A stretch of DNA of 64,000 nucleotides from Candidatus Atelocyanobacterium thalassae (GCA_051971635.1 JBFPLN010000005.1:1-64000); one strand, 5' to 3'; shown: positions 46,298 through 58,826, counted from the stretch's first letter. Program-made: numbers and translations. Notes: generated by a model not told the origin, from the sequence alone.

Positions 46298-46852
46298 ATG
46301 ATATCAGGCAACCTTATTGTATTAACTGGTCCCAGTGGTGTAGGAAAAGGAACATTAGTACGTGCTCTATTAAGTCGTCATCCAAAACTTTATTTATCAA
46401 TCTCTGCGACGACTCGTTCTCCACGTTCTGGTGAAATTGATGGTAAAGATTATTATTTTATTGGTAAAGTAGAGTTTGAAAATATGATTCAGCAAAACCA
46501 ATTGCTAGAATGGGCCAAATATGCTGACAACTATTACGGAACCCCGCGTATTGATGTTCAAGAAAGAATAAGTAAAGGATTTATTGTTCTTTTAGAGATA
46601 GAAGTTGCTGGGGCAGAAGCAATTAAAAAAACTTTTGCTAATGCTTTGAGAGTTTTTATACTACCACCTTCTCTTGCAGAGTTAGAAAGTCGTTTGAGGG
46701 GTAGGGCGACTGATTCCGAACAAGCTATTACAAAGCGTCTCGAACTTGCAAAAGAAGAATTAGCGGTTAGCCAAAGATTTGATAAGGTAATTATTAACAA
46801 CAATTTAGAAACAACATTAAAACAACTAGAATTAATTATTTTTTCTGCATAA
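46298..46852 (+). CDS. gmk: Guanylate kinase
   Basis: GPSGVGKGT, SATTRSPR, YYGTP, FILPPS. ATG at 46298 is preferred over the TTG at 46289. Confidence 0.97.
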   Translation: MISGNLIVLTGPSGVGKGTLVRALLSRHPKLYLSISATTRSPRSGEIDGKDYYFIGKVEFENMIQQNQLLEWAKYADNYYGTPRIDVQERISKGFIVLLEIEVAGAEAIKKTFANALRVFILPPSLAELESRLRGRATDSEQAITKRLELAKEELAVSQRFDKVIINNNLETTLKQLELIIFSA

Positions 46853-46880
46853 AGATTTAATTGTTTATCAATGGTTAAAA

Positions 46881-47906
46881 CTACTTATTTTGTGAGGCCC
46901 TTAACTGTCCACAAGCAGCATGTGTTTCAATCCCTCTGGAATATCTAATACTTGCAGGAATTCCATATTTTTCGAGTTGATTGCAAAAAGCTTTAATTCT
47001 TTGAGAGGAGGAACGTTTATATGTAACTTCCTCAATGGGATTATAAGGAATTAAATTAACGTGATTTTGAAAGCCTTTAAGTAGTTTAGCTAATTCTACC
47101 GCCTGTTCTAATGAATCATTGATTTTCTCCAAGAGTATATACTCGAATGTTAGTCTTCTCTTTGTTATTTCAACATATTTTTTACAATCATTTAGTAAGC
47201 TTGATAAAGGATAAGATTTAGAGGTAGGGATTAGTTGTTCTCTTAATGTTTGGTTAGAAGCATGAAGACTAACAGCAAAAGTAATCTGTAGTCTATGATT
47301 AGCAAATTCTAAAATTTTATTAGGGATTCCAACTGTAGAAACAGTTAAAGACCGTTGCCCTATACCTATATCTTGATTAATTATTTTTATTGCTTTTATT
47401 ACTTCTTTTATATTTAGTAAAGGTTCTCCCATACCCATAAATACTACATGACTGACTCTTTGTTCAAAACCTTCTTGGACAGTTAAGATTTGATCTACAA
47501 TCTCTGCACAGGTTAAATTTCTTTTAAAACCTCCTTTTCCAGTTGCACAAAAATCACATCTCATAGGACATCCAACTTGCGAAGACACGCAAACAGTTAA
47601 TCGTTTGGGAGTTGGAATTCCTACAGTTTCTATTATTGAATCATCTTTTAAACTTAGTAAATATTTTTGGGTTTTATCTGGAGCAACTATAAGGTCATGA
47701 ATATTAGAACGGCCAATAGGATAGTCCTCCAGCTCCTTTCTCCAGCTTTTAGGAAATACTGAGATATCTGTTAGTGATCTAATACCTTTATGATATAGCC
47801 ACTGATGAAGTTGTTTTCCACGATAGTTAGGTTGTCCATGCAGTTCAACCCACTTAGTTAACTCTTCTATAGATTTACCCAGTAATGTTTCTTCTTGTGA
47901 TTGCAT
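46881..47906 (-). CDS. rlmN: 23S rRNA/tRNA m2A methyltransferase RlmN
   Basis: [38 protein letters not shown]. Confidence 0.97.
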   Translation of the reverse strand: MQSQEETLLGKSIEELTKWVELHGQPNYRGKQLHQWLYHKGIRSLTDISVFPKSWRKELEDYPIGRSNIHDLIVAPDKTQKYLLSLKDDSIIETVGIPTPKRLTVCVSSQVGCPMRCDFCATGKGGFKRNLTCAEIVDQILTVQEGFEQRVSHVVFMGMGEPLLNIKEVIKAIKIINQDIGIGQRSLTVSTVGIPNKILEFANHRLQITFAVSLHASNQTLREQLIPTSKSYPLSSLLNDCKKYVEITKRRLTFEYILLEKINDSLEQAVELAKLLKGFQNHVNLIPYNPIEEVTYKRSSSQRIKAFCNQLEKYGIPASIRYSRGIETHAACGQLRASQNK

Positions 47907-48249
47907 AAAAAATTTGTAGAACTAAATGACTTTATTAAGATTAAATATATCTGTATTAAAGTTGATTGATGAATTATATCAATAATAAGTTTCTTGATAA
48001 TATATACCACTTCAAAGTAAACAAGCTAAAAGTATAAACTTAATTTAGTACCAAAAGCTTGCGTATCATACATATGAGGAAAAATACTACTTGCTGATTA
48101 TTAATATAAAAGTTATTATTGATTAAGGTTTAAATTATTTACTATTTGCTTTTGTTTTAAAGATTTTAAAATGTGTTGGATTATTAGCTGCAGTAAATTA
48201 AACCTATAACGTTAATGCTAAAAATATACTCCAGCTATTTACCTCAGAA

Positions 48250-49842
48250 ATGAACTTTAGGATAGCAATGATGAAAACACAGCGCATTTTATACTGCCGC
48301 CTTCCTTGTAATCCGATTTTTCCTATTGGTATAGTTTATTTATCAGATCATGTACATAAATTATTTCCTGAGATCAAGCAAAAAATTCTTGATCTTGGAA
48401 CAGTACCTCCATTAGATTTTAAAAAAACTTTAAAAAATTGTATTGATGAATTTCAGCCTACCTTACTTATATTTTCATGGAGAGATATTCAGATTTACGC
48501 TCCTGTAGGAGGTAGAAGTGGTAATCCTTTACAAAATGCTTTTGAAGTATACTACTCACAAAATATTTTTACTCGACTAAGAGGGGCATTAGGTGGTCTA
48601 AGGGTAGTTAAGGATTATTACAGTGAACTGTGGAGAAATATTAATTTAATTAAATTAGGTTTTAAGCAAGCACAAAAGTATTGCTCAGAGGTAAAACTGA
48701 TAGTTGGCGGTGGTGCTGCAAGTGTCTTTTATGAACAAGTACAGTACTATCTTCCTAATGGAACTATTATTTCAGTTGGTGAAGGCGAAGGTTTATTACA
48801 AAAACTGTTAAGTAATCAAGATTTCTCTAGTGAAAGATGTTATGTGATAGGAGAAGGTAAACCTCGTGAAAAATTAATTCATGAGTTTCCCGACCCTTTA
48901 TATAAAACAGCTTGTGATTATGACTATATAGAAACTATTTGGGATGAGTTTAATTACTACTTTGAAGAAAGTGATTTCTATATTGGTGTACAGACTAAAC
49001 GAGGTTGTCCTCATAATTGTTGCTATTGTGTTTATACAGTTGTTGAAGGCAAACAAGTTCGGATTAATCCTGTTAACGAAGTAATCAAAGAGATGAGTCA
49101 GCTCTATAAAAGAGGAATTCGAAATTTTTGGTTTACGGATGCACAGTTTATACCTGCTCGTAAATTCATTAAAGATGCAGAAGAGTTATTAGAAGAAATT
49201 ATTGAATCTGGAATGATAGATATTAATTGGGCAGCATATATTAGAGCAGATAATTTAACTCCAAAACTATGCAGTCTTATGGTAAGGACAGGGATAAGTT
49301 ATTTCGAAATTGGTATTACTAGCGGTTCACAAGAGCTAGTTAGAAAGATGCGTATGGGATATAATTTAAAGACTGTTTTAGAAAACTGTCGTTCTTTAAA
49401 GGATGCAGGTTTTAATAGTCTCGTTTCTGTTAACTATTCTTTTAATGTCATTGATGAAACATTTGATACTATTCGTCAAACTATTGCATACCATAGAAAT
49501 TTGGAAGAAATTTTTGGAAAAGACAAAGTTGAACCAGCCATTTTCTTTATTGGTTTACAGCCTCATACACATCTAGAAGAATATGCATTTAAACACAACA
49601 TTTTGAAGCCTGGATATAATCCAATGAGCCTAATGCCTTGGACTGCAAGAAAACTCTTATGGAATCCTGAACCATTAGGAAGCTTTTTTGGAGAGGTTTG
49701 TTTACAAGCATGGAAAAAGAATCCTAATGATTTTGGTAGAGAAGTGATGAATATTTTGGAACATAAATTAGGAAAATCTAAAATAGAACAGGCATTATCT
49801 TCACCAATAGTTTCTGAAAACAAACACTTATCTCAAGTATGA
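48250..49842 (+). CDS. B12-binding-type radical SAM protein, Slr0320-like ('PSII high-light acclimation radical SAM protein' family)
   Basis: ILYCRLPCNPIFPIG, FSWRDIQIYAP, VGGG, QTKRGCPHNCCYC (CxxxCxxC). The start may be 48268 or 48271. Confidence 0.82.
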   Translation: MNFRIAMMKTQRILYCRLPCNPIFPIGIVYLSDHVHKLFPEIKQKILDLGTVPPLDFKKTLKNCIDEFQPTLLIFSWRDIQIYAPVGGRSGNPLQNAFEVYYSQNIFTRLRGALGGLRVVKDYYSELWRNINLIKLGFKQAQKYCSEVKLIVGGGAASVFYEQVQYYLPNGTIISVGEGEGLLQKLLSNQDFSSERCYVIGEGKPREKLIHEFPDPLYKTACDYDYIETIWDEFNYYFEESDFYIGVQTKRGCPHNCCYCVYTVVEGKQVRINPVNEVIKEMSQLYKRGIRNFWFTDAQFIPARKFIKDAEELLEEIIESGMIDINWAAYIRADNLTPKLCSLMVRTGISYFEIGITSGSQELVRKMRMGYNLKTVLENCRSLKDAGFNSLVSVNYSFNVIDETFDTIRQTIAYHRNLEEIFGKDKVEPAIFFIGLQPHTHLEEYAFKHNILKPGYNPMSLMPWTARKLLWNPEPLGSFFGEVCLQAWKKNPNDFGREVMNILEHKLGKSKIEQALSSPIVSENKHLSQV

Positions 49843-50050
49843 GTAGAAATTATTTATAAGTGATACGTAGATGTTATCTATTCTGTTTTTAGTTTAAAAT
49901 TTATCAACTTACTAACTCATATCTACTTATAGATAATTAAGTAAGCTGATAGTAAATATTTTTTATAGAAATAAAACAATATTGCAGATAGGATATGCCT
50001 ACTATTGACAAATCTTTATAAGATTCTTATCGATGAATAGCAGTACAGTC

Positions 50051-51793
50051 CTAAAATTTATCCAGTCCCTTCGCATATTGCTGTTCATAGAACTTTGCAT
50101 AATGTCCCTTCATAATCAATAATTGATCATGATTTCCTGATTCAGCTATTTGTCCATTTTCTAAAACTACTATACAGTCAGCATTCCTAACTGTGCTTAA
50201 ACGATGAGCAATAACAAAAACTGTACGGTTTTCCATAACTCTTTCTAATGCTTCTTGAACTAAAGCCTCTGATGCGGAATCTAAAGCTGATGTAGCTTCA
50301 TCTAATATCATGATACGAGGATTTAACATCACAGCTCTAGCAATTGCTATTCTTTGTTTTTGTCCTCCTGAAAGATTTACGCCTCTTTCTCCTACCCAAG
50401 TGTGATAACCTTGTGGGAACTGCATAATAAACGAATGTGCATTCGCAATTTGTGAGGCTTTTTCTATTTCTTTAAAATCTAACTGATCTTGTCCATAGGC
50501 AATGTTTTGAGCAATGGTTCCTGAAAATAGAATAGTTTCTTGAGGAACAATACCAATCTGTCGTCGCAGATTAACTATGTTTAGATCTTTAATATCTATG
50601 TCATCAATAGAAATTTTTCCCTCTTGAGGATCATAAAAGCGTGAAATTAACTTCACCAAAGTTGTCTTGCCAGCACCAGAAGATCCGACTAAGGCTATAA
50701 CTTGTCCAGGTTGCACTAATAAATCTAAATTCTTTAAAACTGGTTCATTATGTTTATAGCAAAAACTAACTTGTGAAAACTCTACTTTTCCTGATACTGT
50801 TGGTAAGGCTAAAGAGTCTTTTTTATGTTCAATTGCTGGTTGTTGATCTATTAATTCAAAAATTCTATCTACAGATGCTTCAGCTTGCTTAAATTCATTA
50901 TAGTTACTAGTAATTAAATCAATTGGCTGAAGTAATATAGCAACTGCCGCTATGTAGCTTACGAATTCTTCTGATTTTAAGTTTCCTTGAGAGATTTGCC
51001 ATCCTCCAATAAAAAATAAAAACATAATACTAACAGCTTCTAAAAATCCAACCATAGGATATTGAGTAGCTTTTAATTTTTCCGCTTTGTATCTTGCATT
51101 TCTATTATGCCTAGCTTCTTGTGAAAATCTTTCAACTTCGTAATCTTGTGCAGCAAATGCTTGTACCACGCTAACACCATTAAAAACTTCTGTAAGTAAA
51201 GACGATAAATTAGAAATTCGATTTTGACTACGGCTAGATAAAACTAACAATCTCTCTCCAAAACGGCTAACTAAAACTGCCATTAGAGGAGCTAAGATTA
51301 GGCTGGCAATAGTTAGTTGCCAGTTTAAATAAAGCATATATAAAGGAATGACAATTAATTGAAGTACATTAGAGACAAACTGATGAGATAGCTTATCGAC
51401 AATTTCTCCAATTTTATCTATATCTTCAGTTAACCTATAGGTAAGATCCCCTGTTTTTGCAGTTTCAAAATAATCTAATCCTAATTGATGTAAATGTGCA
51501 TAAGTTTTCCTACGTACATTTAAAACCATTTCTAAGGAGGCATTAATCATGAAAATATTTTGTCCATATTGAAAAATACCTCGTATTAAAAAGGCTAATG
51601 TTCCTAATCCTAACCAATAAGTAACTTCCTGAAGTTTCCCCTGACCAATATATAAGGAAACTTTTCCTGCCAAATAAGGTAGTGATAAAGTGACTAAAAC
51701 GAAGCCCAAAATACATAATAGTCCTTTAAATAGGGATGACCACTCTTCTAATAAATAAGGTAATAAACGTAACCAATTTGATTTTTTTTTCAT
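50051..51793 (-). CDS. ABC exporter, fused TMD-NBD, MsbA-like
   Basis: N-terminal TM domain; GSSGAGKT, VPQE, LSGGQKQR, ILDEATSALD, IAHRLST. Confidence 0.93.
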   Translation of the reverse strand: MKKKSNWLRLLPYLLEEWSSLFKGLLCILGFVLVTLSLPYLAGKVSLYIGQGKLQEVTYWLGLGTLAFLIRGIFQYGQNIFMINASLEMVLNVRRKTYAHLHQLGLDYFETAKTGDLTYRLTEDIDKIGEIVDKLSHQFVSNVLQLIVIPLYMLYLNWQLTIASLILAPLMAVLVSRFGERLLVLSSRSQNRISNLSSLLTEVFNGVSVVQAFAAQDYEVERFSQEARHNRNARYKAEKLKATQYPMVGFLEAVSIMFLFFIGGWQISQGNLKSEEFVSYIAAVAILLQPIDLITSNYNEFKQAEASVDRIFELIDQQPAIEHKKDSLALPTVSGKVEFSQVSFCYKHNEPVLKNLDLLVQPGQVIALVGSSGAGKTTLVKLISRFYDPQEGKISIDDIDIKDLNIVNLRRQIGIVPQETILFSGTIAQNIAYGQDQLDFKEIEKASQIANAHSFIMQFPQGYHTWVGERGVNLSGGQKQRIAIARAVMLNPRIMILDEATSALDSASEALVQEALERVMENRTVFVIAHRLSTVRNADCIVVLENGQIAESGNHDQLLIMKGHYAKFYEQQYAKGLDKF

Positions 51794-51865
51794 TTTAAAG
51801 AACTAGAACCATTTTTATTTTTTGCTAGTAAATGGCGATTTTATAATTTTTTATTCTTATAAGTA

Positions 51866-53092
51866 TTAATCATTGTCAATGCCTAAATTATTTAACAAAG
51901 AATTCGCAATTCTTATGGAAGCTCCAGGGGGTCCAAATCTCTGTTTCCCTTGTTCTATACAATCCAACAAATATTCTTTATTGTTTATGGTATCTATTAC
52001 GCATTTAGCAGCCTCTGTTAAAGTTTCTAACGATGCAGGCCCTGTTCCAATGGTTTGAGCACAACTGCCAATTAATCTCGTTTGCGCTTCAGCAAAACTA
52101 TAAGTAAACTGTGGTCCTTCTCCAGGTATTTGAATGACTGGTTTTCCAATAGCTATACCTTGGTCCACTGCCAAACCAGCCATTCCAAGCATTAAAGTAC
52201 ATTCATGCAAAATATCATTAAAAGCATCTGAGTAACATAGAATCTCTACTTTCTTCGTACCATTCTTATAAATTAATTTATTGTTATTGTACTCCCATCC
52301 CTTGCTATTAGCGATTTCTTCTAACTTGCACATTAACCTTGGAACCAAAGCTGCACGAAATTGAACCTTTGAAAAAGATGTAAGTTTGCAAATTTCTAAA
52401 ACAAAATCTAATTGCAATTTGAAGTTACGGATTGCCTCTGGTAGTCTCGAGCCAGGAAGTAAGGCTATCATAGGATCACCAGCCTTAAGATTCAAATCTT
52501 TCCCTGTAGGTTTTAGCTTATCGAGAGAAGGGATGCCACCAAATTTGGCTTTATTTATATTTTGATTTTGTAAATCTTCGGCAGTATAAGGATCTCTAGT
52601 AAATACAGTTAGGCAAAGAGGAGAACGTAAAAAAGTTCCTAAGAATGGACCTATATTTAACTTCCCTTCATAGAGAGAGGATAAACAAGAAATGAATGAA
52701 ATATAGGGGCGACCAGTCGAATAAGCAAAACCCTGAGATATTGAATCGCCTGTAGCCATAATCAAATCACAAGTAGTAGAATATTCCCAAACTTTCTGCA
52801 ATTGTCTCCAAGTTAAACTTAATAGTCCCGATTGTAAATCCTTTAAAAAGTGTAATCGATTAGTATAGGAAAAACCTCCAGATGGTATATTTTGTGTTGG
52901 TCCAATAATAGGAATACCTAGTCGACGATAAGCGTTGCCTTCCCCAACTATAGGCATTGCTGCTATTTCTATGCTTGGGCACTTTTCTAGTAAAGTTTCG
53001 ATAACATAAGATGAGTGATTATCTTCTCCATGACCATTACTGATGAATAAAATTCGTTTCGATGATGATGACATAATAATTTTTTCAGGCAA
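51866..53092 (-). CDS. Lipid-A-disaccharide synthase-related (LpxB-like) GT-B protein
   Basis: ILFISNGHGED, PIVGEG, PSGGF, ALLPGSRLPE, GKPVIQIPGEGPQFT. ATG at 53074 is the probable start. Confidence 0.8.
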   Translation of the reverse strand: MPEKIIMSSSSKRILFISNGHGEDNHSSYVIETLLEKCPSIEIAAMPIVGEGNAYRRLGIPIIGPTQNIPSGGFSYTNRLHFLKDLQSGLLSLTWRQLQKVWEYSTTCDLIMATGDSISQGFAYSTGRPYISFISCLSSLYEGKLNIGPFLGTFLRSPLCLTVFTRDPYTAEDLQNQNINKAKFGGIPSLDKLKPTGKDLNLKAGDPMIALLPGSRLPEAIRNFKLQLDFVLEICKLTSFSKVQFRAALVPRLMCKLEEIANSKGWEYNNNKLIYKNGTKKVEILCYSDAFNDILHECTLMLGMAGLAVDQGIAIGKPVIQIPGEGPQFTYSFAEAQTRLIGSCAQTIGTGPASLETLTEAAKCVIDTINNKEYLLDCIEQGKQRFGPPGASIRIANSLLNNLGIDND

Positions 53093-53767
53093 TTTCTAAC
53101 AATTATTGTTTAAAACCAAATTTTAGAATTTACTAACTTTGTTTTTAAAAAGTTATCTAAATACTCTCTTGAGGAGTCTGGAAATTTATTTAGCCGATTT
53201 AAATTTTATAGAATAAAAATAACATCATAAGTTTTCTCGTTAATATATAAAAACTGAGTTTATAGCCAATTAATAATTAATAGCTATTACATTAGGTTAA
53301 TTTTTAAAACAATAATAGTTTATTTTAGTCATAATTATTAGTTAATATTAAATACGCTAAGTTAATCAGTTTATACTCAGATACGATCTTAGACTTAAAT
53401 TTTTTAAAAATTACTGAGGCTTTTTTAAAATATTATGTATAATTATTATTTATCGTTCCAAAATCATTAACAAAAAAATTTCTGAAGTAAATTTATAAAT
53501 AGCACATATTATTTTAGGAAAAAGGTAAATTTTAAAAAAATTATCTCAATTTCGTAATCAAAGCCATTTTTTTATTCACTAAGTACAAACTAACTTTGAG
53601 TTTCTGAGAAAAATAAATACAAATTAATTAGTTAATCCATACTAGCAATTCATATCTTTATCTGTGAATATAATTATCCGATGTATTGCTTTGATTAGAA
53701 AATATAGTAAGTTTCATTAAACATAAACAATATACAATATTCTTTTCACTACTTAGATTAGCTTAAA

Positions 53768-55012
53768 TTATTCAATTATCTTTGTGAAAAAATCGATAGT
53801 TTCTTTCAAAACTATAATAAACTTATCTACTTCTTCAAAGGTATTATAAAAATATAAACTTGCCCTAGCACTTCCTGATACTTTTAATAAGCGATGTAAA
53901 GGTTGAGTACAATGATCCCCAGAACGAATAGCAATTCCTTCATGATCTAATAACGTTGATAAGTCACTGCCATGTATTCCGTCTACATTAAATGATGCTA
54001 ACGCAGCTCTTCCTGTACCATTCTTAATTTGTTTTACTCCATAAGTCCTGAGGTTTGGAATTTCTTCTAGTCGTTGAAACAAGTAATTTGATAACTGTTC
54101 TTCACAGGAATGAATAGTATTCATCCCTATGTCTGTTAAGTAATCAATAGCCTTCCCTAAAGCTATTGCCTCTGCTATCGCTGGAGTACCTGCTTCAAAC
54201 TTATGAGGTAATTCTCCATAAGTAAAGTGATCAAAAAATACTTCATCAATCATTTCCCCTCCTCCTAAGAATGGAGGCATTGACTCTAAAACTTTACGTT
54301 TCCCATATAAAAAGCCAATACCAGAAGGACCACACATCTTATGGCCACTTACTACTAACCAATCACAATCAATATGTTGTACATCAACTGGAGTATGAGG
54401 AACACTTTGGCACGCGTCGATTAACACTTTAGCTCCAATATTATGAGATAGTCTAGTTATTTCTTCAATTGGATTTATGCAACCTAGCATATTAGAAATA
54501 TGAACTACAGAAACTAACTTAGTTTTCTCAGACAACATTGATTTAAAATAATCTAAGTCAAGATCTTCATTCTCTGTTAGTTGAATGTACTTTATATTGG
54601 CTCCTGTCTTCTTAGCTATCATCTGCCATGGAACTAAGTTACTATGATGTTCCATTACAGAAGTTAATATTTCATCTCCCTGTTTCAGGTTACTCAGTCC
54701 CCAGCTATAAGCAACCAAGTTAATAGCTTCTGTCGCATTCCGTGTAAAAACTATTTCCTCTCGACAGTTTGCATTAATGAATTTCGCAACCTTATCGCGA
54801 GATGCCTCGTAAGATTCTGTTGCTTTAATACTTAAAGTATGGACACCACGATGAACATTAGCATTATCTTTTTCATAGTAATGACGCAAAGTGTCAAGAA
54901 CAACTGAAGGTTTCTGAGAAGTTGCCGCACTATCTAAATAAATTAAAGGCTTACCTTTTATAGTCTGCTTTAAGAGTGGAAAGTCATCCCGAATATTTTG
55001 AATTAAAGTCAT
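53768..55012 (-). CDS. sufS: Cysteine desulfurase SufS
   Basis: [29 protein letters not shown] (PLP Lys), FEAGTP, RSGDHC. Start taken at ATG 55012. Confidence 0.96.
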   Translation of the reverse strand: MTLIQNIRDDFPLLKQTIKGKPLIYLDSAATSQKPSVVLDTLRHYYEKDNANVHRGVHTLSIKATESYEASRDKVAKFINANCREEIVFTRNATEAINLVAYSWGLSNLKQGDEILTSVMEHHSNLVPWQMIAKKTGANIKYIQLTENEDLDLDYFKSMLSEKTKLVSVVHISNMLGCINPIEEITRLSHNIGAKVLIDACQSVPHTPVDVQHIDCDWLVVSGHKMCGPSGIGFLYGKRKVLESMPPFLGGGEMIDEVFFDHFTYGELPHKFEAGTPAIAEAIALGKAIDYLTDIGMNTIHSCEEQLSNYLFQRLEEIPNLRTYGVKQIKNGTGRAALASFNVDGIHGSDLSTLLDHEGIAIRSGDHCTQPLHRLLKVSGSARASLYFYNTFEEVDKFIIVLKETIDFFTKIIE

Positions 55013-55061
55013 AATGAATTTACTATAAGTATTTTGCAATTAGATAATTTTTGTATAGAAA

Positions 55062-56399
55062 TTAATATTGTTTAGTCTTAGAAACAATATATTCTATTAA
55101 CTTTTGCTCGAGATATTTATAAGGTATCTTCATTAGTATTTCACGTATAAAAGCATTAACTAATAAGTGACGTGCATCAATTTCACTTAAACCTCTACTT
55201 TGTAAATAAAAAAGTTCATTAGATTCTAATTGACTAACAGTTGCGCCATGGGAACACTTCACATTATCTGCTGTGATTTGAAGTTCCGGTTTAGTATTAA
55301 TACGAGATTTGTTTGATAACAACAAATTACGATTTAGTTGTTTAGCATTAGTTATTTGAGCAGGCTTAGGTACAATAATTTTTCCGTCAAAAATTCCATG
55401 AGCTTTATCATCAACAACATATTTATGTAATTGATCAATTATGCCATTAGGATGGTTTAGGTTGATAGAAGTTTTTGTACAAGAAATTTGACTACCATTA
55501 ACAATACTCAAACCATTTAAATAACTTTCTGTTCTAGCTCCATTTTGAAAAACTTGTAAATTATTTCGACAAACTTTTGATCCTAAATCGATTTGATTTA
55601 ATGTATAAGAACTGTCTTGATTTTGAGTAATATTACTTTTGCTGATATGAAAACTTATATTTGATTCTAGTTGTATTCGACTATGGGTAACTCGCGCATT
55701 ATCTTTTAGAAAAATTTCTGTTACAGAATTAGTTAAATAAGGATTAAGCTGATCCGGATTGGAATCTAAATCTTCTATAGTTGAATAACATTCAATAAAA
55801 GATACATTAGCTCCTTTTTCTGCTATGACTAATGTACGTGGTTGTACCAATGAAGAACTACTTTGTTGAGTTGAAATAAATAATAATTGAACTGGTTCTT
55901 CAATAATAATATTTTCATTAACTATTACAATTGCTGGATTAATTAATCCTATTGTATTTAATCTACTAAATATATCTTTTTTATTTTGGTTATCCCTTAA
56001 AAGAGCATAGACTTCGTTCTTTTTCGTATCTGGCAAATTTGTTAATGTACCAATAAAAATATCATTAGGCGATAAATTAGTGTTAGATAAAGCTTCATCA
56101 TATAGACCATTTACGAATACTATACAATTTTTCTTGACTTCAGGAATAATAAGATTTTCAATACTTTTTTCTGTAACTTTTGCAGCTTTTGCTATTTCAA
56201 ACTGATATCTGTATAGTTCGCTAAGATCTGTAAATTTCCATTCTTCCTCTTGAGAGGTGGGAAAAGATAAATTTTTAATTTGTTCAAGTGAATCCTGTTT
56301 TAAACTCTGGAAATTATCAATACTCTTGATTTGGAATTGATTTAACAGGTTATCTAAATAAAATTCTTTACTTGTTGTTTCTAATGTAGAGTTTTTCAT
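55062..56399 (-). CDS. sufD: Fe-S cluster assembly protein SufD
   Basis: EEWKFTDL, QLHK, RNLLLS, TKPELQITADNVKCSHGAT, FYLQSRG. Start taken at ATG 56399. Confidence 0.95.
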   Translation of the reverse strand: MKNSTLETTSKEFYLDNLLNQFQIKSIDNFQSLKQDSLEQIKNLSFPTSQEEEWKFTDLSELYRYQFEIAKAAKVTEKSIENLIIPEVKKNCIVFVNGLYDEALSNTNLSPNDIFIGTLTNLPDTKKNEVYALLRDNQNKKDIFSRLNTIGLINPAIVIVNENIIIEEPVQLLFISTQQSSSSLVQPRTLVIAEKGANVSFIECYSTIEDLDSNPDQLNPYLTNSVTEIFLKDNARVTHSRIQLESNISFHISKSNITQNQDSSYTLNQIDLGSKVCRNNLQVFQNGARTESYLNGLSIVNGSQISCTKTSINLNHPNGIIDQLHKYVVDDKAHGIFDGKIIVPKPAQITNAKQLNRNLLLSNKSRINTKPELQITADNVKCSHGATVSQLESNELFYLQSRGLSEIDARHLLVNAFIREILMKIPYKYLEQKLIEYIVSKTKQY

Positions 56400-56526
56400 G
56401 CATTTAAAATCAATAATTGCAAATACCAACGATAATTTTGAATTGTAATTAAGGCTAAATAAATATTTAAAATGACTAAAGTTTTAAGATTTTAATACTT
56501 ATTAAGTATTAACTCTGTAAATAATC

Positions 56527-57297
56527 TTAAGCTGCTTTTAATAATTTTTCTTCTATAAAATCATAGCCAGTCTCTTCTAATTCTAAAGCTAATTCCTTGC
56601 CACCACTAATAACTATTTTCCCGTCATACATAACATGAATGTGATGAGGTTGAATATATGTAAGTAAACGTTGATAGTGAGTAATTAGTAAAAAAGCATT
56701 ATTAGAATGAGCTAGTTGGTTGACTCCATCAGCAACAATTCTTAAAGCATCAATATCCAGACCAGAATCAATTTCATCTAAAATAGCTAAGGTTGGTTCT
56801 AATAGAGCCATTTGAAGAATTTCGTTCCGTTTCTTTTCTCCACCAGAAAAACCTTCGTTTAGACTTCTATTGAGAAAAGCAGGATTCATCTTAACAATCT
56901 CTAGCTTCTTTTCAACTAAGTCTTCAAAATCAAAAGTATCTAGTTCTTCCAACCCTAGATGTTTTCTGCGAATATTATATGCAACTCTAAGGAAATCAAG
57001 ATTACTTACTCCAGGAATTTCTAAAGGATATTGAAAAGCTAGAAAAATTCCATCTAGTGCTCTTTCATTAGGCTCTTTTTCTAAAATATTTTGTCCTTTA
57101 TAAATTATTTCTCCTCCGGTAACTACGTAGTCAGGGTGTCCCGCGAGAATCTTTGAAAAAGTACTTTTTCCGGATCCATTTCTACCCATGATTGCATGGA
57201 TTTCTCCTGCTTTAATTTCCAAATTAACACCTTTTAATATAGGTGTTCCATCGATATTAGCAGTTAAGTTTCTAACAGATAAAATAACATTGTCCAT
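56527..57297 (-). CDS. sufC: Fe-S cluster assembly ATPase SufC
   Basis: [46 protein letters not shown]. Confidence 0.98.
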   Translation of the reverse strand: MDNVILSVRNLTANIDGTPILKGVNLEIKAGEIHAIMGRNGSGKSTFSKILAGHPDYVVTGGEIIYKGQNILEKEPNERALDGIFLAFQYPLEIPGVSNLDFLRVAYNIRRKHLGLEELDTFDFEDLVEKKLEIVKMNPAFLNRSLNEGFSGGEKKRNEILQMALLEPTLAILDEIDSGLDIDALRIVADGVNQLAHSNNAFLLITHYQRLLTYIQPHHIHVMYDGKIVISGGKELALELEETGYDFIEEKLLKAA

Positions 57298-57383
57298 AAT
57301 TTTTTCTAAATACCTAATAATAAGTTAACTATGTTTAAATTAATGCCTATACTTTAAATTAACCAAATAACTACTCAATTATG

Positions 57384-58826
57384 TTAACCCACACTTCCTT
57401 CTAACTTCAGACTGAGTAGTTTATCTGCTTCAGAGGCAAATTCCATAGGTAACTCACTTAATACATCCTTGCAAAAGCCACTAACTATAATCGAAACTGC
57501 ATCCTCTTCAGGAATACCTCTTTGAGCGAAATAAAATAATTGATCTTCTCCTATCTTAGATGTAGAGGCCTCATGCTCAACTTTTGTTGTATTGTTATCT
57601 GCTTGTATATAGGGAAAAGTATTAGCTTCTGCACTGTCACCAATTAGCATGGAATCACATTGAGAGTAGTTCCTAGACCCTTGAGCTTTAGGACCCATTT
57701 TAACTAAACCTCTATAACTATTCTTGGAATTTCCTGCAGAAATTCCTTTTGAAATTATAGTACTGCGAGTATTTTTTCCAACATGTATCATTTTAGTCCC
57801 AGTATCCGCTTGTTGCTTATTATTGGTAAGCGCAATTGAATAAAATTCCCCTATAGAATTATCTCCTACTAGTACACAACTTGGATATTTCCAAGTAATA
57901 GCTGAACCTGTTTCTACTTGAGTCCAGGATATCTTAGAGTTAGCTCCTTTACAGAGACCTCTTTTCGTAACAAAATTATAAACTCCTCCTTTCCCTGTTT
58001 CATCGCCAGCGTACCAGTTTTGAACGGTAGAGTATTTAATGCTAGCATTATCTAGAGCAACAAGTTCAACTACAGCGGCATGCAGCTGATTAGTGTCATA
58101 CATTGGAGCTGTACAACCTTCTAAGTAACTAACAGAGGCTCCCTCTTCTGCTATTATGAGAGTTCTTTCAAATTGACCTGCATCTCCAGTATTAATACGA
58201 AAATATGTTGAAAGTTCCATAGGACATTCTACGCCTTTAGGAATAAAAGCAAAAGAACCATCACTAAATACAGCAGCATTTAGTGCTGAAAAGAAGTTAT
58301 CTTTGATTGGTACTACGCTTCCAAGGTACTTTTTGATGAGTTCAGGATATTGTTCTAATGCTTCAGATATAGAACAAAATATAACTCCAGATTCAGCTAG
58401 TTTTTCTTTAAAAGTTGTTCCTATTGATACACTGTCAAAAATAACATCAACAGCCACATTGCTAAGACGTTTTTGTTCTGCTAAAGGAATCCCAAGTTTA
58501 TCAAAAGTCTCCAACAATGCAGGATCAACTTCATCTAGGTTATTAAGTTTTTCTTTTTTCTGCTTTGGAGCAGAATAGTAAATGATATCTTGATAGTCAA
58601 TTTTTGGATATGTAATATGGGGCCAAGAAGGCTCAACCATTTGCTGCCATTGGCGGAAAGCTTTGAGACGAAAATCAAGCATGAAATCTGGTTCATTTTT
58701 CTTTGCTGAAATGAGGCGTACCACTTCTTCACTTAAACCACGAGGAATAGTATCAGCTTCAATGTCAGTAACAAAGCCATATTTATAGGGTTGATTGACT
58801 AGGTTCTTGACGGTTGTTGCATTCAT
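57384..58826 (-). CDS. sufB: Fe-S cluster assembly protein SufB
   Basis: [43 protein letters not shown]. Confidence 0.98.
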   Translation of the reverse strand: MNATTVKNLVNQPYKYGFVTDIEADTIPRGLSEEVVRLISAKKNEPDFMLDFRLKAFRQWQQMVEPSWPHITYPKIDYQDIIYYSAPKQKKEKLNNLDEVDPALLETFDKLGIPLAEQKRLSNVAVDVIFDSVSIGTTFKEKLAESGVIFCSISEALEQYPELIKKYLGSVVPIKDNFFSALNAAVFSDGSFAFIPKGVECPMELSTYFRINTGDAGQFERTLIIAEEGASVSYLEGCTAPMYDTNQLHAAVVELVALDNASIKYSTVQNWYAGDETGKGGVYNFVTKRGLCKGANSKISWTQVETGSAITWKYPSCVLVGDNSIGEFYSIALTNNKQQADTGTKMIHVGKNTRSTIISKGISAGNSKNSYRGLVKMGPKAQGSRNYSQCDSMLIGDSAEANTFPYIQADNNTTKVEHEASTSKIGEDQLFYFAQRGIPEEDAVSIIVSGFCKDVLSELPMEFASEADKLLSLKLEGSVG

